A program made the translations under genes and the position numbers. DNA of 64,000 bases from Dehalococcoidia bacterium (GTDB taxonomy: Bacteria > Chloroflexota > Dehalococcoidia > Lucifugimonadales > GCA-2712585). Shown here in pieces: positions 19,588-29,716 of this stretch. The notes beneath the pieces were generated by a model. That model saw nothing but the letters and a program-made list of their open reading frames with translations. It did no database searches and had not been told where the DNA came from. Numbering within the stretch: the stretch's first letter is position 1; the number at the start of each line of letters is the position of its first letter. The stretch is taken from assembly GCA_965208725.1 (NCBI GenBank), contig CBDBPI010000001.1, forward strand, positions 969,033 to 1,033,032, in the 5' to 3' direction.

Positions 19588-20017
19588 CCCCGCCCCTTCT
19601 TCCCCTCCCCCCTCGATGGGGGAAGGTTAGGATGGGGGAGATTTCCCCCCGCTCACCCTGAGCTTGTCGAAGGGTCGAGCGGGCGCAACGGGGTTATGGA
19701 TTTCGTCACCCCTGCGAAAGCAGGGGCCTATGGCTGGGTTGGGATGGGCCAGGCACCCTCCTCTCTCTTCCCCCTCTCCCGTCCTGGGAGAGGGTTGGGG
19801 TGAGGGGCCTCCCCCTTTTCACCCACCAACTCCCCTCTCCCTCTTCCCCCCACCCGCTCATCCTGAGCCTGTCGAAGGGCGTAGGGGCGACCGGCTGGTC
19901 GCCCGCCCTCGCCTCAAGCCGCCCCTCTCGTTGTTTGGGGGAAAAACAACCGCTAAAATACCGTCGCAGGGAATGTATCTAAGTCCTCCTTCAGTATTGG
20001 CATCCAGGAATATTCAA

Positions 20018-21346
20018 ATGAAGACTCTTCTGCTTATTGGGACCCTCTTGATATCCATGCTGTTGGCATCCTGCTCTGGTGGAGCGACGGAGACCGCCCC
20101 CACTCCATCAGACGCAATCGGCTCCACGTCGGTCCCCGTCCCAACCTCCACCCCGTCGGCTGCGGTCTCCCCCTTGCCGACGTCGGTCCCAGCCCCAGCG
20201 ACCCCTCCCACGCAAACCCCGCAACCGGTGCCAGTCGCCCCGTCGACCCCGACTCCGACTCCCGCCCTTCCGTCATCCCCCGAACCCACACCAATGCCGC
20301 CGCCGCCAATCGGCACCATTGCGCCTGAACTTGTGGGCACCCAGGAATGGGTCAATTCAGACCCCCTCAAGATCGGCGACCTGCGTGGCAAAGTGGTGCT
20401 TGTCGACTTCTGGACCTACACCTGCATTAACTGCATCCGCACCCTCCCCTACATGAAGGTTTGGCACTCCAAGTATGCAGACGACGGCCTCGTCATCATC
20501 GGAGTCCACACCCCCGAGTTCAGATTCGAGCACGAAATTGATAATGTCAGAGATGCCGTTGCCGACTACAGCCTCACCTGGCCCGTGGTGCAGGACAACA
20601 ACTTCGCAACCTGGCGTGCCTTCAACAACCGCTACTGGCCCGCCAAGTACCTCATCGACCAGAACGGTGTAATCCGCTACAGGCACTACGGCGAAGGCGC
20701 CTACTACGAAACCGAAGCCATGATTCTGGAGCTCCTGGAAGAGAGGGGCGTTAACGTTGCTCCTGTCGCCCCTTCCCATGCTCCCAATAAGGATCTGGAC
20801 CCCAACTTCAAGAACAACAGGGGCTCGGCTATAACGGCGGAACTCTACGGAGGCTATGGCTGGAGCTGCAGTATTCACAATCTCTATTCCAATAGCGCAG
20901 TCGCCAACCCGGAATACTGTACCTCCAGGGACCAGGTCGTCGAATACACCGACTCCGGCGAACGAGAAAACCATGCTCTCTACCTGCATGGTTCTTGGAT
21001 CGCGGAAAGGGATATCTTGCGGCATGCTCGAGAGACCGAAAATCACGAGGACTACATGCTCCTTCGCTTCTCCGCCAGGAGCGTCAACGTAATCCTGACC
21101 CCCAGAAACGACGAGACCTTCAAGGTCCTCGTAAAGCTCGATGGCGAATACCTCAACGAGTCAAACAAGGGCAAAAACGTGGTCATCGAAAACGATGGCA
21201 AAAGCTATCTCGTTGTCGACAACCCTGGCTTCTTCTCCGTCGTAGAAGCCCCTGAATATGGCGTCTACAACCTCGAGTTGAGCTCCAACTCCTCAGACTT
21301 CGCTCTCTTTGCCTTCACCTTCGACGTCTACGCAGAAGACGCCTGA
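20018..21346 (+). CDS. Redoxin-domain lipoprotein (DipZ C-terminal-like thioredoxin)
   Basis: LLASC lipobox, Pro/Thr linker, VVLVDFWTYTCINCIRTLP, GVHTPEF, NRYWPAKYLID, AFTF end. Confidence 0.9.
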   Translation: MKTLLLIGTLLISMLLASCSGGATETAPTPSDAIGSTSVPVPTSTPSAAVSPLPTSVPAPATPPTQTPQPVPVAPSTPTPTPALPSSPEPTPMPPPPIGTIAPELVGTQEWVNSDPLKIGDLRGKVVLVDFWTYTCINCIRTLPYMKVWHSKYADDGLVIIGVHTPEFRFEHEIDNVRDAVADYSLTWPVVQDNNFATWRAFNNRYWPAKYLIDQNGVIRYRHYGEGAYYETEAMILELLEERGVNVAPVAPSHAPNKDLDPNFKNNRGSAITAELYGGYGWSCSIHNLYSNSAVANPEYCTSRDQVVEYTDSGERENHALYLHGSWIAERDILRHARETENHEDYMLLRFSARSVNVILTPRNDETFKVLVKLDGEYLNESNKGKNVVIENDGKSYLVVDNPGFFSVVEAPEYGVYNLELSSNSSDFALFAFTFDVYAEDA

Positions 21347-21476
21347 CAGCCCCCTCCCCCCTTGGCCCAAGTGTCATTCCGAGCGTAGCGAAGCGAAGCC
21401 GAGGAATCTTGTTGCCAGAGAGCCCCAACTCCCTCCGCGTCCCCTTCCCAAATCCCCACCCCCGCGAAAGCGGGGG

Positions 21477-22510
21477 GCTAAGTTCACAAACGAAGTGCAA
21501 CACCTTGTTAAGGTGTTGTCATGGGAAAACATTATAGACATGTCACCATTGAAGAGAGATGTGAAATTGCCCGATTACGAGCCGAGGGAGTCTCAATCCG
21601 GCAGATCGCTGCAGCTCTGGATCGCTCGCCGTCGACGGTTGGACGGGAGTTGAAGCGGAATGGATCGGGGACTGAGGGGTACAAGCCGGTGTACGCGGAG
21701 GAGCAGGCGCGGGCGCGTCGGTGGCGGGGGTCACGGCTGGAGAGAGAGGAGGGATTGCGAGAGATGGTAATGAGCTGTCTGAAGCAGGGGTGGTCGCCGG
21801 AGGAGGTGAGTGGACGACTTGAGAGGATGTTTGGGAGGAAAGTCATCTCATACGAGAGCATCTACCGGTTCGTATATGGGGAGATTGCACGGAAGAAAGA
21901 CTATAGGTGGAGACATTATCTGCCGAGGGGGAAGTCGAAGCGTGGGTGGCGAGGGAGGAAGGGAGGGAGTTCTGCTTCCTTCATCGCCCTTAGGCGTCCT
22001 ATCACAGATCGACCTGGGAGTGCTTTGGACCGGCGTACGCCGGGTCACTGGGAGGTGGACCTGATGATGTTCAGTCGATTGGGCCAGGGGGTGCTGATGA
22101 TGCATGAGCGGCACTCCAGGATTCTCATAGGAGTGAGGCTTAGTGGGAAGAAAGCCGAACCCATCGCCGATATGATGGTCCAGGTGTTGGGGCAGCTGCC
22201 GCCCCGGTTGAGGAGGACGGCTACCTTCGACAATGGTACTGAGTTCGCCCGCCACTATCGTCTCCACGAGTTGGGAGTGGAGACCTTTTTCTGCGATACT
22301 CACTCGCCGTGGCAGAAGGGTGGCGTGGAGAACGCCATCGGTCGACTCAGACGTACGCTGCCGCGGAAGACCGATCTGTCGACCGTGTCAGACGAGGAGT
22401 TTATCCGGTTGATACAGGCTTATAACAATACTCCTCGCAAATGCCTGGGCTACAGAACCCCGGCAGAGATATTCTTGAATCAGGTGTTGCACTTGAAATG
22501 TGAATTCACC
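21477..22510 (+). mobile_element. IS30 family insertion sequence (1034 bp) inserted in a REP
   Basis: 28-bp imperfect IRs (..GAAGTGCAACACC / GGTGTTGCACTTG..); apparent GGG target duplication; G-rich strand bias opposite to flanks. Confidence 0.92.
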
Positions 22511-22555
22511 GGGCCCACTCTTCACCCACGCCCGCCCCCTAACCGCTCATCCTGA
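21521..22555 (+). CDS. IS30 family transposase
   Basis: HTH (IAAALDRSPSTVGRELKRN), GHWEVD, TFDNGTEF, SPWQKGGVEN, TPRKCLGYRTP. Confidence 0.95.
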   Translation: MGKHYRHVTIEERCEIARLRAEGVSIRQIAAALDRSPSTVGRELKRNGSGTEGYKPVYAEEQARARRWRGSRLEREEGLREMVMSCLKQGWSPEEVSGRLERMFGRKVISYESIYRFVYGEIARKKDYRWRHYLPRGKSKRGWRGRKGGSSASFIALRRPITDRPGSALDRRTPGHWEVDLMMFSRLGQGVLMMHERHSRILIGVRLSGKKAEPIADMMVQVLGQLPPRLRRTATFDNGTEFARHYRLHELGVETFFCDTHSPWQKGGVENAIGRLRRTLPRKTDLSTVSDEEFIRLIQAYNNTPRKCLGYRTPAEIFLNQVLHLKCEFTGPTLHPRPPPNRSS

Positions 22556-22615
22556 GCCTGTCGAAGGACCTTTTTGCCCCTTGTCACCAACGCAACCCCC
22601 TGCTACCATCCCCAC

Positions 22616-22999
22616 ATGAAAGAAATAGAACGCCTGTATAACCAGATGGAGAAACTCATGGATGCCCTCGGCATCCCCAAGGAAATCCCCAAAGGCTCCT
22701 TCTATGACATCACCGACGAGGAGAAAGAAATGAACAGCAAAAAGTCAGGAGGCCAGCCCGGCAACGGGAACGCCCGTAAGCACGGCCTCTACTCCAAACA
22801 GATCTCCGCTGAACAACATGACATACAAAGCAGCATCAAGTCCGTCCGGGACCTATCCCCGGAAATAGCCCTCCTACGCCTCAAGATCATGCAACTCCTT
22901 GAAGATCCCGACACCCCCAATGCCGACCTCATGAAGGCCCTTAACACCCTTGCCAGGCTCACCGACATCCAGGAGCGCCACCTGTACCTGCTGAAATAA
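22616..22999 (+). CDS. Hypothetical protein with GGQPGNxNAxKHGxYS motif, leaderless
   Basis: TTGTCA-17bp-TACCAT 6 nt before ATG; motif resembles that of some phage terminase small subunits. Confidence 0.7.
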   Translation: MKEIERLYNQMEKLMDALGIPKEIPKGSFYDITDEEKEMNSKKSGGQPGNGNARKHGLYSKQISAEQHDIQSSIKSVRDLSPEIALLRLKIMQLLEDPDTPNADLMKALNTLARLTDIQERHLYLLK

Positions 23000-23213
23000 C
23001 GAGTATCAAAATGGTCCGCCAAAACCCCCCAAAAACGCAGAAAACAAGAAACGAGTCCAAAATCGGCCAAATTCGTGCCTGGAGCGGCCAAAATTACCCG
23101 ATACTCGATCTGCAAATCGAGTCAAGCTCAAACCTGAGAATCCTGAAACGAAGCATTCGTTTCCAAATTCGTTCCCAACACCCAGTATCAATTTGTGGAT
23201 TAGCCCCTGCCCC

Positions 23214-23254
23214 TTGACAAACGTTCTAAGCATGATAGAATTGCCGTTCTATCA
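23214..23254 (+). promoter_or_regulatory. Promoter with LexA-like operator
   Basis: TTGACA..TAGAAT; palindrome TGATAGAA-TTGCCG-TTCTATCA containing AGAAT-N4-GTTCT, one mismatch from AGAAC-N4-GTTCT. Confidence 0.65.
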
Positions 23255-23275
23255 CAAATGTCAAGGGGAACAATC

Positions 23276-24655
23276 ATGTTAATTAAGCGCAAACCCGACA
23301 CCTACGAAAAGCTCCATATCCTCGGAGGAATGGCCACCGACGATATCCTCTCCGACTCCCACTCCCGTCGACGCGGGACCTACCGCGGCCCCTACTCCTC
23401 CCGCAAGAAAAACCCCATCCCCGGCGTCTACCGCGCCTCAATGCCCAACGGCAAACACATCAACCTCTTCCGCGTCATGTTCACGGACTTCTGCAAGATG
23501 GATTGCCACTTCTGCCCCAACAGCCATTGGGTCCCCCGAAAACGCCACGCCTTCAAGATTGACGAGCTGGCCAAGGCCTTCATGGAGCTCCACCAACGAC
23601 ACACCGTCGACGGCCTATTCCTCAGTTCCGGCGTCGCCGGCACCGGCTCCAAGACCACCGAACGCCTCGTCCGCGTCGTCGAAATCATCCGCAAGAAGTA
23701 CAACTTCAAGGGCTACGTCCACCTCAAGGTCATGCCCGGAACCGAGCGCCAGTACGTGGAAGCCGCCCATGAGCTCGGCACCCGCCTCTCCATCAACATG
23801 GAGACCCCCACCCTCGATCACATGAAGAAGCTCAGCAAGATGAAGGACCTCCAGCGCGACATCCTGTCTCCCATGGAATGGATCAACGACCTGACCCGAA
23901 GCAGCACCGGCGGAGCCGTCGGTCAGGCCACCCAGCTAGTCGTCGGAGCCGCCGACGAGTCCGACGTGGACATCCTCGACCGCGTCGACCAACTCTACGA
24001 CGAGTGGAACCTCAAGCGCGTCTACTACGCCCCCTTCCATCCCGTGCGCTACACACCCCTGGAGGAACACCCCGCCACGCCTCCCATGCGCAGCCACCGC
24101 CTCTACCAGATGGACTGGCTCCGACGCATATACGGCTTCCCCAAGGACGAAATCGCCCCCGCCTTCGACGCTGGCGGCTTCCTCCCTCTGGAGTTCGACC
24201 CCAAGACCACCATCGCCCTCGAAAACGTCGAAGCCTTCCCCGTCGACGTCAACGCCGCCAGCCGCGACAGGCTGCTACGGGTCCCCGGCATCGGCCCCAT
24301 CTCCGCCAAACGCATCCTCCAGAACCGGCGACGCCACACCATCGACACATGGCGAGACCTTCAGACCATGGGCGTCGTCAAGTCCTGGGCCTGGCCCTTC
24401 CTAGCCTTCCCCGGCCACCGCCCTCCCCGCGCCAGACAGACCCGCCTCGACTTCTCAGAAACCCGCGAAATAATCAAAGAATCCGCCTCCAACCCGCTCA
24501 CCCAAAGCCCGTCGAAGGGCCGAGCGCCTTCCCCATCTTTTTCCCCCGAATTCGGCAACCCATCCCCCGCCCTTACGATGGCAGCCGCCCCCTGCGGCCT
24601 CCCCACCTCCTGCTCAGGCTGCTCCCTCCGCGGAACCCCCGGCCACCCCAGCTAG
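23276..24655 (+). CDS. Putative DNA modification/repair radical SAM protein with helix-hairpin-helix
   Basis: CKMDCHFC, GLFLSSG, GYVHLKVMPG, RLYQMDWLRRIYGF, LLRVPGIGPISAKRI. Confidence 0.9.
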   Translation: MLIKRKPDTYEKLHILGGMATDDILSDSHSRRRGTYRGPYSSRKKNPIPGVYRASMPNGKHINLFRVMFTDFCKMDCHFCPNSHWVPRKRHAFKIDELAKAFMELHQRHTVDGLFLSSGVAGTGSKTTERLVRVVEIIRKKYNFKGYVHLKVMPGTERQYVEAAHELGTRLSINMETPTLDHMKKLSKMKDLQRDILSPMEWINDLTRSSTGGAVGQATQLVVGAADESDVDILDRVDQLYDEWNLKRVYYAPFHPVRYTPLEEHPATPPMRSHRLYQMDWLRRIYGFPKDEIAPAFDAGGFLPLEFDPKTTIALENVEAFPVDVNAASRDRLLRVPGIGPISAKRILQNRRRHTIDTWRDLQTMGVVKSWAWPFLAFPGHRPPRARQTRLDFSETREIIKESASNPLTQSPSKGRAPSPSFSPEFGNPSPALTMAAAPCGLPTSCSGCSLRGTPGHPS

Positions 24656-24689
24656 CTAATGATTTGGCGACTCGTCACAATTATGAGCA

Positions 24690-25040
24690 CAGCGCTCCTT
24701 AATTCGTCACCCCTGCGGAAGCAGGGGCCCATGGCGGGGCGGTGTTGGGTGGTCCCCCTTCCCCCTTGATGGGGGAAGATTGAGATGGGGGTGAACTCCA
24801 TCCGCACATCATCGTATTATCACTAAATGCCAAATCTACAAATTGACAACATCCGAGAAGACCTTCCCCGGCCGACGACCGCCCCTTGCCCCCACCCCGC
24901 AAATTCGTCATTCCTGCGAAAGCAGGAACCCACGGCAGGGAGGTTCATGGGTGGTGTCCCCCTCCCCATCGCTCACCCTGAGCTTGTCGAAGGGCGAGCA
25001 CTCCCCCTCACCCATCCCCGCGAAGGCGGAGGTCCATCCT
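24690..25040. repeat. REP-like palindrome cluster
   Basis: CCCTGCGGAAGCAGGG, TTCCCCCTTGATGGGGGAA, TTCCTGCGAAAGCAGGAA, CTGAGCTTGTCGAAGG. Confidence 0.8.
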
Positions 25041-25113
25041 TACAAGCAGTGTAACTTGACCGAAGTGAGTATGATTGAAGCAATTGCCCTACAAACCACG
25101 GATTAGGAGAGAA

Positions 25114-26070
25114 ATGCAGGAAATAAGAGCACTGAAGGCTTTGGATTTGCGTCAAGTATGGCCTAATGAGACTCAAGACTTTACGCCGTGGCTGGCTGAC
25201 CATCTGAATTTATTGGGCGATAAGCTGAATCTCGCCTTTGAATCGGTGGAAAGGGAGGTAACTTTGCCGGGAGCCGGGCGCGTCGACATCTTCGCGCAGC
25301 AAGTGAGTACAAAGGCAAATGTGGTTATTGAGAATCAGTTGTTGGGTCTGTCCGATGACTCTCACTGCCTACGTCTCTTGGGATATGCTGCGAATGCAGA
25401 TGCAAATATCCTGGTGTGGGTGGCACAAGACTTCACGGACTACCATCGGAGTATCCTCTCGTGGCTGAACGAGAGTGACAACATTGCAATCTACGCCGTG
25501 GCGGTGCGAGCCTATCTAGTAGGGAACCAGAAAGCTGCTGACTTTGAGTTGGTTGTCGAACCGCCGCAATCCGAATCAGGACCTTCCGCCCCAACCCCCA
25601 ACGTGACAATGAGCACCCATTACGCGAATTTCTACAGACCCGTTGTAGAGCGCCTTCGCCGCTCAGGATTGCCTCCGGTAGGTCGTGGTGGATGGCGTGG
25701 AAGGTGGCGCTCATTCCAATCTGGATATCCGCAAGTAATTTATGCAGTAGGTTTGAGTGAAGGCAAGGCGTTGGCATTCTTGGATGTTCGCGGCGCAGAA
25801 AATCAACATATCTACCATGCATTGACCCAACGTCGAGCCGAGATCGACGCAAGTTTTTCCGACGGAGTCGAGTGGAATGAGGGAACTCTAGATTCCTGGT
25901 TTGGACCAATCACAGAAGCAGACATCAATGATCCGATGGCAGACCTTGAATCTATAGGAGAATGGGTATATAGAAATATGCTACGGCTTCGAGAGGTTGT
26001 ACAACCTTACCTGGATAAGGTCATGGCCGACATCGGCACTCCTGGCGTCGGCGAAGAGGAAACCTTGTGA
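25114..26070 (+). CDS. DUF4268-type protein with N-terminal PD-(D/E)xK-like domain
   Basis: LRQVWPNETQDFTPWL, RVDI..VVIENQL, ILVWVAQDF..LSWLNE; AGGAG RBS; lower GC than neighbours. Confidence 0.75.
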   Translation: MQEIRALKALDLRQVWPNETQDFTPWLADHLNLLGDKLNLAFESVEREVTLPGAGRVDIFAQQVSTKANVVIENQLLGLSDDSHCLRLLGYAANADANILVWVAQDFTDYHRSILSWLNESDNIAIYAVAVRAYLVGNQKAADFELVVEPPQSESGPSAPTPNVTMSTHYANFYRPVVERLRRSGLPPVGRGGWRGRWRSFQSGYPQVIYAVGLSEGKALAFLDVRGAENQHIYHALTQRRAEIDASFSDGVEWNEGTLDSWFGPITEADINDPMADLESIGEWVYRNMLRLREVVQPYLDKVMADIGTPGVGEEETL

Positions 26071-26085
26071 CATTCAAGTAGTTGC

Positions 26086-28374
26086 CTACTCCCCACCCCT
26101 CGCCTCAAAGATCGCATTCGGGCTCATCGGCAGCGTCTCCATCCTGACCCCCGTCGACGCGTAAATCGCATTCGCCAAAGCCGCCGGCGGCGGAATGATG
26201 GAAGCCTCCCCGACCCCTCGCACCCCGTAGGGATGTCCGGGGTTGTGTACCTCCACTATCACCGTGTCGATCATCGGCAGGTCAAGCGACGTCGGCATCC
26301 GGTAGTCCAGGAACGTCCCGTTCGCCATCTGCCCGTCGTCCGTGTAGAAGTACTCCTCGTTCAGACCCCAGCCGATGCCCTGCACCGTGCCCCCCTGCAT
26401 CTGCCCCTCCACGTAGCTCGGATGCACCGCCTTGCCCGCGTCCTGGAAGGCCGTCACCCTCACAATGTCAACCTTGTGCGTCTCCGGGTCCACCTCTACG
26501 TCCACGATGCAGCCCGACGCCGATCCACCCACCCCCTTGGGGTCGATGGTCGCCGAGCCCATGATCGGCCCGCCCGTGCTGTTCAGCCGACCCGCCAGGT
26601 CCTTGAAGCTCATCTGAAGTTCGGGGTCCACAATGGACGAGAACGTACCGTCCTTCAACTCCACCGAATCGGCGTCAACCTCCCATATCGAGGCGGCCCG
26701 CGCTATCATCTGCCGCTTCACCTCATGGGCGGCCTGGTATGCGGCCCAGCCCGTCGCGAACGTCGTCCGGCTCCCCGCCGTAAGTGCCGTGTACCCGATC
26801 AGGTCCGTGTCCACCACTGTCGGGTTCACGTCCTCCGCCCGAAGACCCAGCACCTCCGCCGCCTGCATGGCGATGGACGCCCTCGTGCCCCCGATGTCCG
26901 GGTTCCCCTCCACCAGGTTCACCTTCCCGTCGGCGCTCACGCTGATAGAACAGCTGGAAGCCATCCCGATGTTGAACCAGAAGCCCACGGCGGCTCCCCG
27001 GCCCCTGTTCGGCCCGCCCAGCGGCGCCTTCCAGTGGGGATGGTCCCGCATGGCTTCCATCAACTCCGGCATTCCCATGCTGACGTGCGTCGGCCCGTCC
27101 GCCCGCCTCGTTCCAATCTTCGACGTGTTCTTCAGACGGAACTCCATGGCGTCCATGCCAAGGGTCTCCGCTATCTCGTCCACGATGGTCTCGGCGGCAA
27201 ACGCTGCGTTGGTGGCCCCAGGCGCGCGATAGGCCGCCGTCTTCGGCTTGTTCACCACCACGTCCAGACCCTCAATCTCCACGTTCGGAATGTCGTAACA
27301 GGCGAACAGACACGCAGCGCCCGCGTCCACGGGCGAGCCGGGGTACGCGCCCGCTTCGTACGCCAGGTAGGCATCGGCGGCCACGATGCGCCCGTCCTTC
27401 GTCGCCCCCATCTTCAGCTTCATGTAGGATCCCGGCGTCGGCCCCGTACCCTCAAACACCTCCTGGCGAGACATCACCATCTTCACCGCCGTCCCCGACT
27501 TCCTTGATAGCAGCGCCGCCACCGGCTCCAGGTATACGGGGATCTTCCCTCCGAATCCTCCCCCAATCTCCAATGGCACAACCCGAATCTGAGACACTGG
27601 AAGCTCAAGCATCTGGGCAATGGTGCTCCGCACCTCGAAGGGCGCCTGGGTGCTCAACCAGATGGTCAGCCGTCCGTCCCGGTTCCAGAAGGCAACGGTG
27701 GCGTGCGGCTCAATGTACCCCTGGTGCACCGTCTGGGTGTTGAACTCCCGCTCGATCACTATGTCCGCCTCGGCGAACCCCTTCGCAACGTCTCCCAGGG
27801 AGTGACGGAACTTCTTGGCCACGTTGCTGGCGTCATCGTGCGCCACGCCCATCTCCTGCGTCTTCAGCCCCCTGTGGAGCAGTGATGAGTCATCTTCCGC
27901 CCCATCGGGTGCCGTTAGCACCGCGGGCATCAGATCATAGTCAACCTTGATAAGGGTAAGGGCCTCTTCCGCAATGCTCGGACTCTCCGCCGCTACCCCG
28001 GCAACTGCGTGGCCCTTGTAGAGCGCCTTGTCGCTGGCCAGCACGTTGTCCCGAAGGAACTTCAGGCTGGCGACGCTTTCGCCCAGGTCAACTTTGTCGT
28101 CCGACGCGCCGGCATTGGGGTCGAAGTCCCGGTTCGTGACCACCGCCTTCACCCCCGGCAAAGCCTCTGCGGCGGAAGTGTCGATGGAGCGGATGCCGGC
28201 ATGAGCGTGAGGACTCCTCAACACCTTGCCGTATAGCACAATGGCGGGATTGAAGTCCGCGCCGTACTTGGCGGCGCCCGTCACCTTGTCGGCGCCGTCG
28301 TGCCGGATGGGCCGCGTCCCCACCACGTTGTAAGTCTTTGTTGCCAGAACCATGTTGGGCTGATATTCCGTCAC
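26086..28374 (-). CDS. Xanthine dehydrogenase/CoxL family molybdopterin-binding subunit
   Basis: DKVTGAAKY, LRSPHAHA, QGYIEP, IGGGFGGK, AYRAPG, EGQMQGG, RGVGE. Confidence 0.94.
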   Translation of the reverse strand: MTEYQPNMVLATKTYNVVGTRPIRHDGADKVTGAAKYGADFNPAIVLYGKVLRSPHAHAGIRSIDTSAAEALPGVKAVVTNRDFDPNAGASDDKVDLGESVASLKFLRDNVLASDKALYKGHAVAGVAAESPSIAEEALTLIKVDYDLMPAVLTAPDGAEDDSSLLHRGLKTQEMGVAHDDASNVAKKFRHSLGDVAKGFAEADIVIEREFNTQTVHQGYIEPHATVAFWNRDGRLTIWLSTQAPFEVRSTIAQMLELPVSQIRVVPLEIGGGFGGKIPVYLEPVAALLSRKSGTAVKMVMSRQEVFEGTGPTPGSYMKLKMGATKDGRIVAADAYLAYEAGAYPGSPVDAGAACLFACYDIPNVEIEGLDVVVNKPKTAAYRAPGATNAAFAAETIVDEIAETLGMDAMEFRLKNTSKIGTRRADGPTHVSMGMPELMEAMRDHPHWKAPLGGPNRGRGAAVGFWFNIGMASSCSISVSADGKVNLVEGNPDIGGTRASIAMQAAEVLGLRAEDVNPTVVDTDLIGYTALTAGSRTTFATGWAAYQAAHEVKRQMIARAASIWEVDADSVELKDGTFSSIVDPELQMSFKDLAGRLNSTGGPIMGSATIDPKGVGGSASGCIVDVEVDPETHKVDIVRVTAFQDAGKAVHPSYVEGQMQGGTVQGIGWGLNEEYFYTDDGQMANGTFLDYRMPTSLDLPMIDTVIVEVHNPGHPYGVRGVGEASIIPPPAALANAIYASTGVRMETLPMSPNAIFEARGGE

Positions 28375-28639
28375 TGCATCACCTCTCGAGTTGCGCTATG
28401 CGAATGGGGCTTCGACGCCCATTATAGCGCATTTCTCAATGCCCTCGACGGTCCTCTGCTGGAGGAGTCCTTTGCACAACCCTTTCTCCCTGGAGTGCAT
28501 CTTTGAATAACCCCTGAAAAGCGCCGAAAAACCTCTTCCCCCTTGACGGGGGAAGATTGAGATGGGGGTGATTCAGGTGGGATGGATGATACATTTGGCA
28601 GTAACGTAAAGGTTTCAGGGAGCGTGTAGCTGGTAACCG

Positions 28640-29152
28640 CTAAAGCGGCTCCGTACCCACCAGCACCGCCGCCATCACGCACGGCTCAGACCCTCGATTC
28701 CGCCAAGTGTGCACCGTCCCACGCTGCACCAGCGTGTCCCCCGACTTGAGCAGCGTCTCGTCTCCGTTGCCCATCACTGCCCATACCTCGCCCGACAGGA
28801 TGATTATCAGGTCCACCGTGTCGCTGCGGTGCATTCCGTAGTCGTCCGAGTCCAGGTCGATCGGTCCACCCATGTAGCTCTCAGTCTCCTCGGGGTTCGC
28901 CCGAAGGACCGATTCAGCGGGCATCTTCACCATCCTGAAGACCAGGCTGCCCTCCTTTGGAAATCCTCCCCCCGTGGTCAGGACCCCATCGTCGGAAAGC
29001 CCCGGCGGAATCGACGCCATCTCCCAGATATCCACCGCCCAACCGCCGAGCAGGTCGCTTGCCTTTGTAAACGGCGCTGGCCCATCGCTGGTAAAGATTG
29101 CCTGCCCGTCCTGATCGATTCCTGTTACAACGCGTCGTATGCCCGTCATCAT
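28640..29152 (-). CDS. Cupin domain protein
   Basis: IRRVVTG, MHRSDTVD, LKSGDTLVQRGTVHTWRN; AAGGGAG RBS. Confidence 0.88.
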   Translation of the reverse strand: MMTGIRRVVTGIDQDGQAIFTSDGPAPFTKASDLLGGWAVDIWEMASIPPGLSDDGVLTTGGGFPKEGSLVFRMVKMPAESVLRANPEETESYMGGPIDLDSDDYGMHRSDTVDLIIILSGEVWAVMGNGDETLLKSGDTLVQRGTVHTWRNRGSEPCVMAAVLVGTEPL

Positions 29153-29260
29153 CTGTACTCCCTTTATGATATTGAGAAGCACCCTGGATTCTAGCCCTAT
29201 GGCCCAAAAAGTAGAAGGCCCCTCTCGAGAGGGGCCTTCCAAAATTGTCCTGTGTTGCAA

Positions 29261-29539
29261 TTAGGAGGCGGCGGCTACCTCCAGGGAATCCACCTTCGCC
29301 TGAATAACGTCGCGAAGCTGCTTCACCCTGGTAAGATCGGGGTACTTGCCGTCCTCTTCCGAGCGGTCGAAGATCTTCTCTCCGTCCAGGTAGACCTCAA
29401 GGCGGCCGTTGGCCCCGGGGGTCAAAGAGATTCCGATGTCGGCTCCAAAGTACCGGTAGAACTCATTCGCCATCCACGTGGCGGTCGCGTGGTACTGTCA
29501 AGGTACGCAATAGACGATGTCAACATTAACTTTCCACAT
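29261..29539 (-). CDS. Rdx (SelT/SelW/SelH) family selenoprotein, in-frame UGA at 29498-29500
   Basis: MWKVNVDIVYCVP-TGA-QYHATATWMANE..LTPGANGRLEVYLDGEKIFDR..YPD; CxxU in canonical position; GAGGGG RBS. Confidence 0.88.
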
Positions 29540-29716
29540 AGCAAGTCCCCTCAAATAGGTTTCCGGGCCGGTCCGGCGCCGGTTCTCTACAGTTTAGCGT
29601 GTCATACGTCCGTGTCAAGGGAGTGTCGACGCCAGATTAGACAATCTCCGCTTGACACCCCCTTGCCTTGGGGGTAGCATCGGCCACGCCCCCAACCACA
29701 GCATTGAGCAGGAAGA

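Noticed and set aside
19664-20017. N-terminal extension of the redoxin ORF (likewise 15089-15241 and 8022-8369, 9291-9764, 11511-12423 ORFs)
   Set aside because: Translations of REP clusters; the signal peptide begins at ATG 20018.
26086-28374. Aerobic CO dehydrogenase CoxL form I
   Set aside because: Active-site loop is AYRAPG, not AYxCSFR; no coxM/coxS adjacent.
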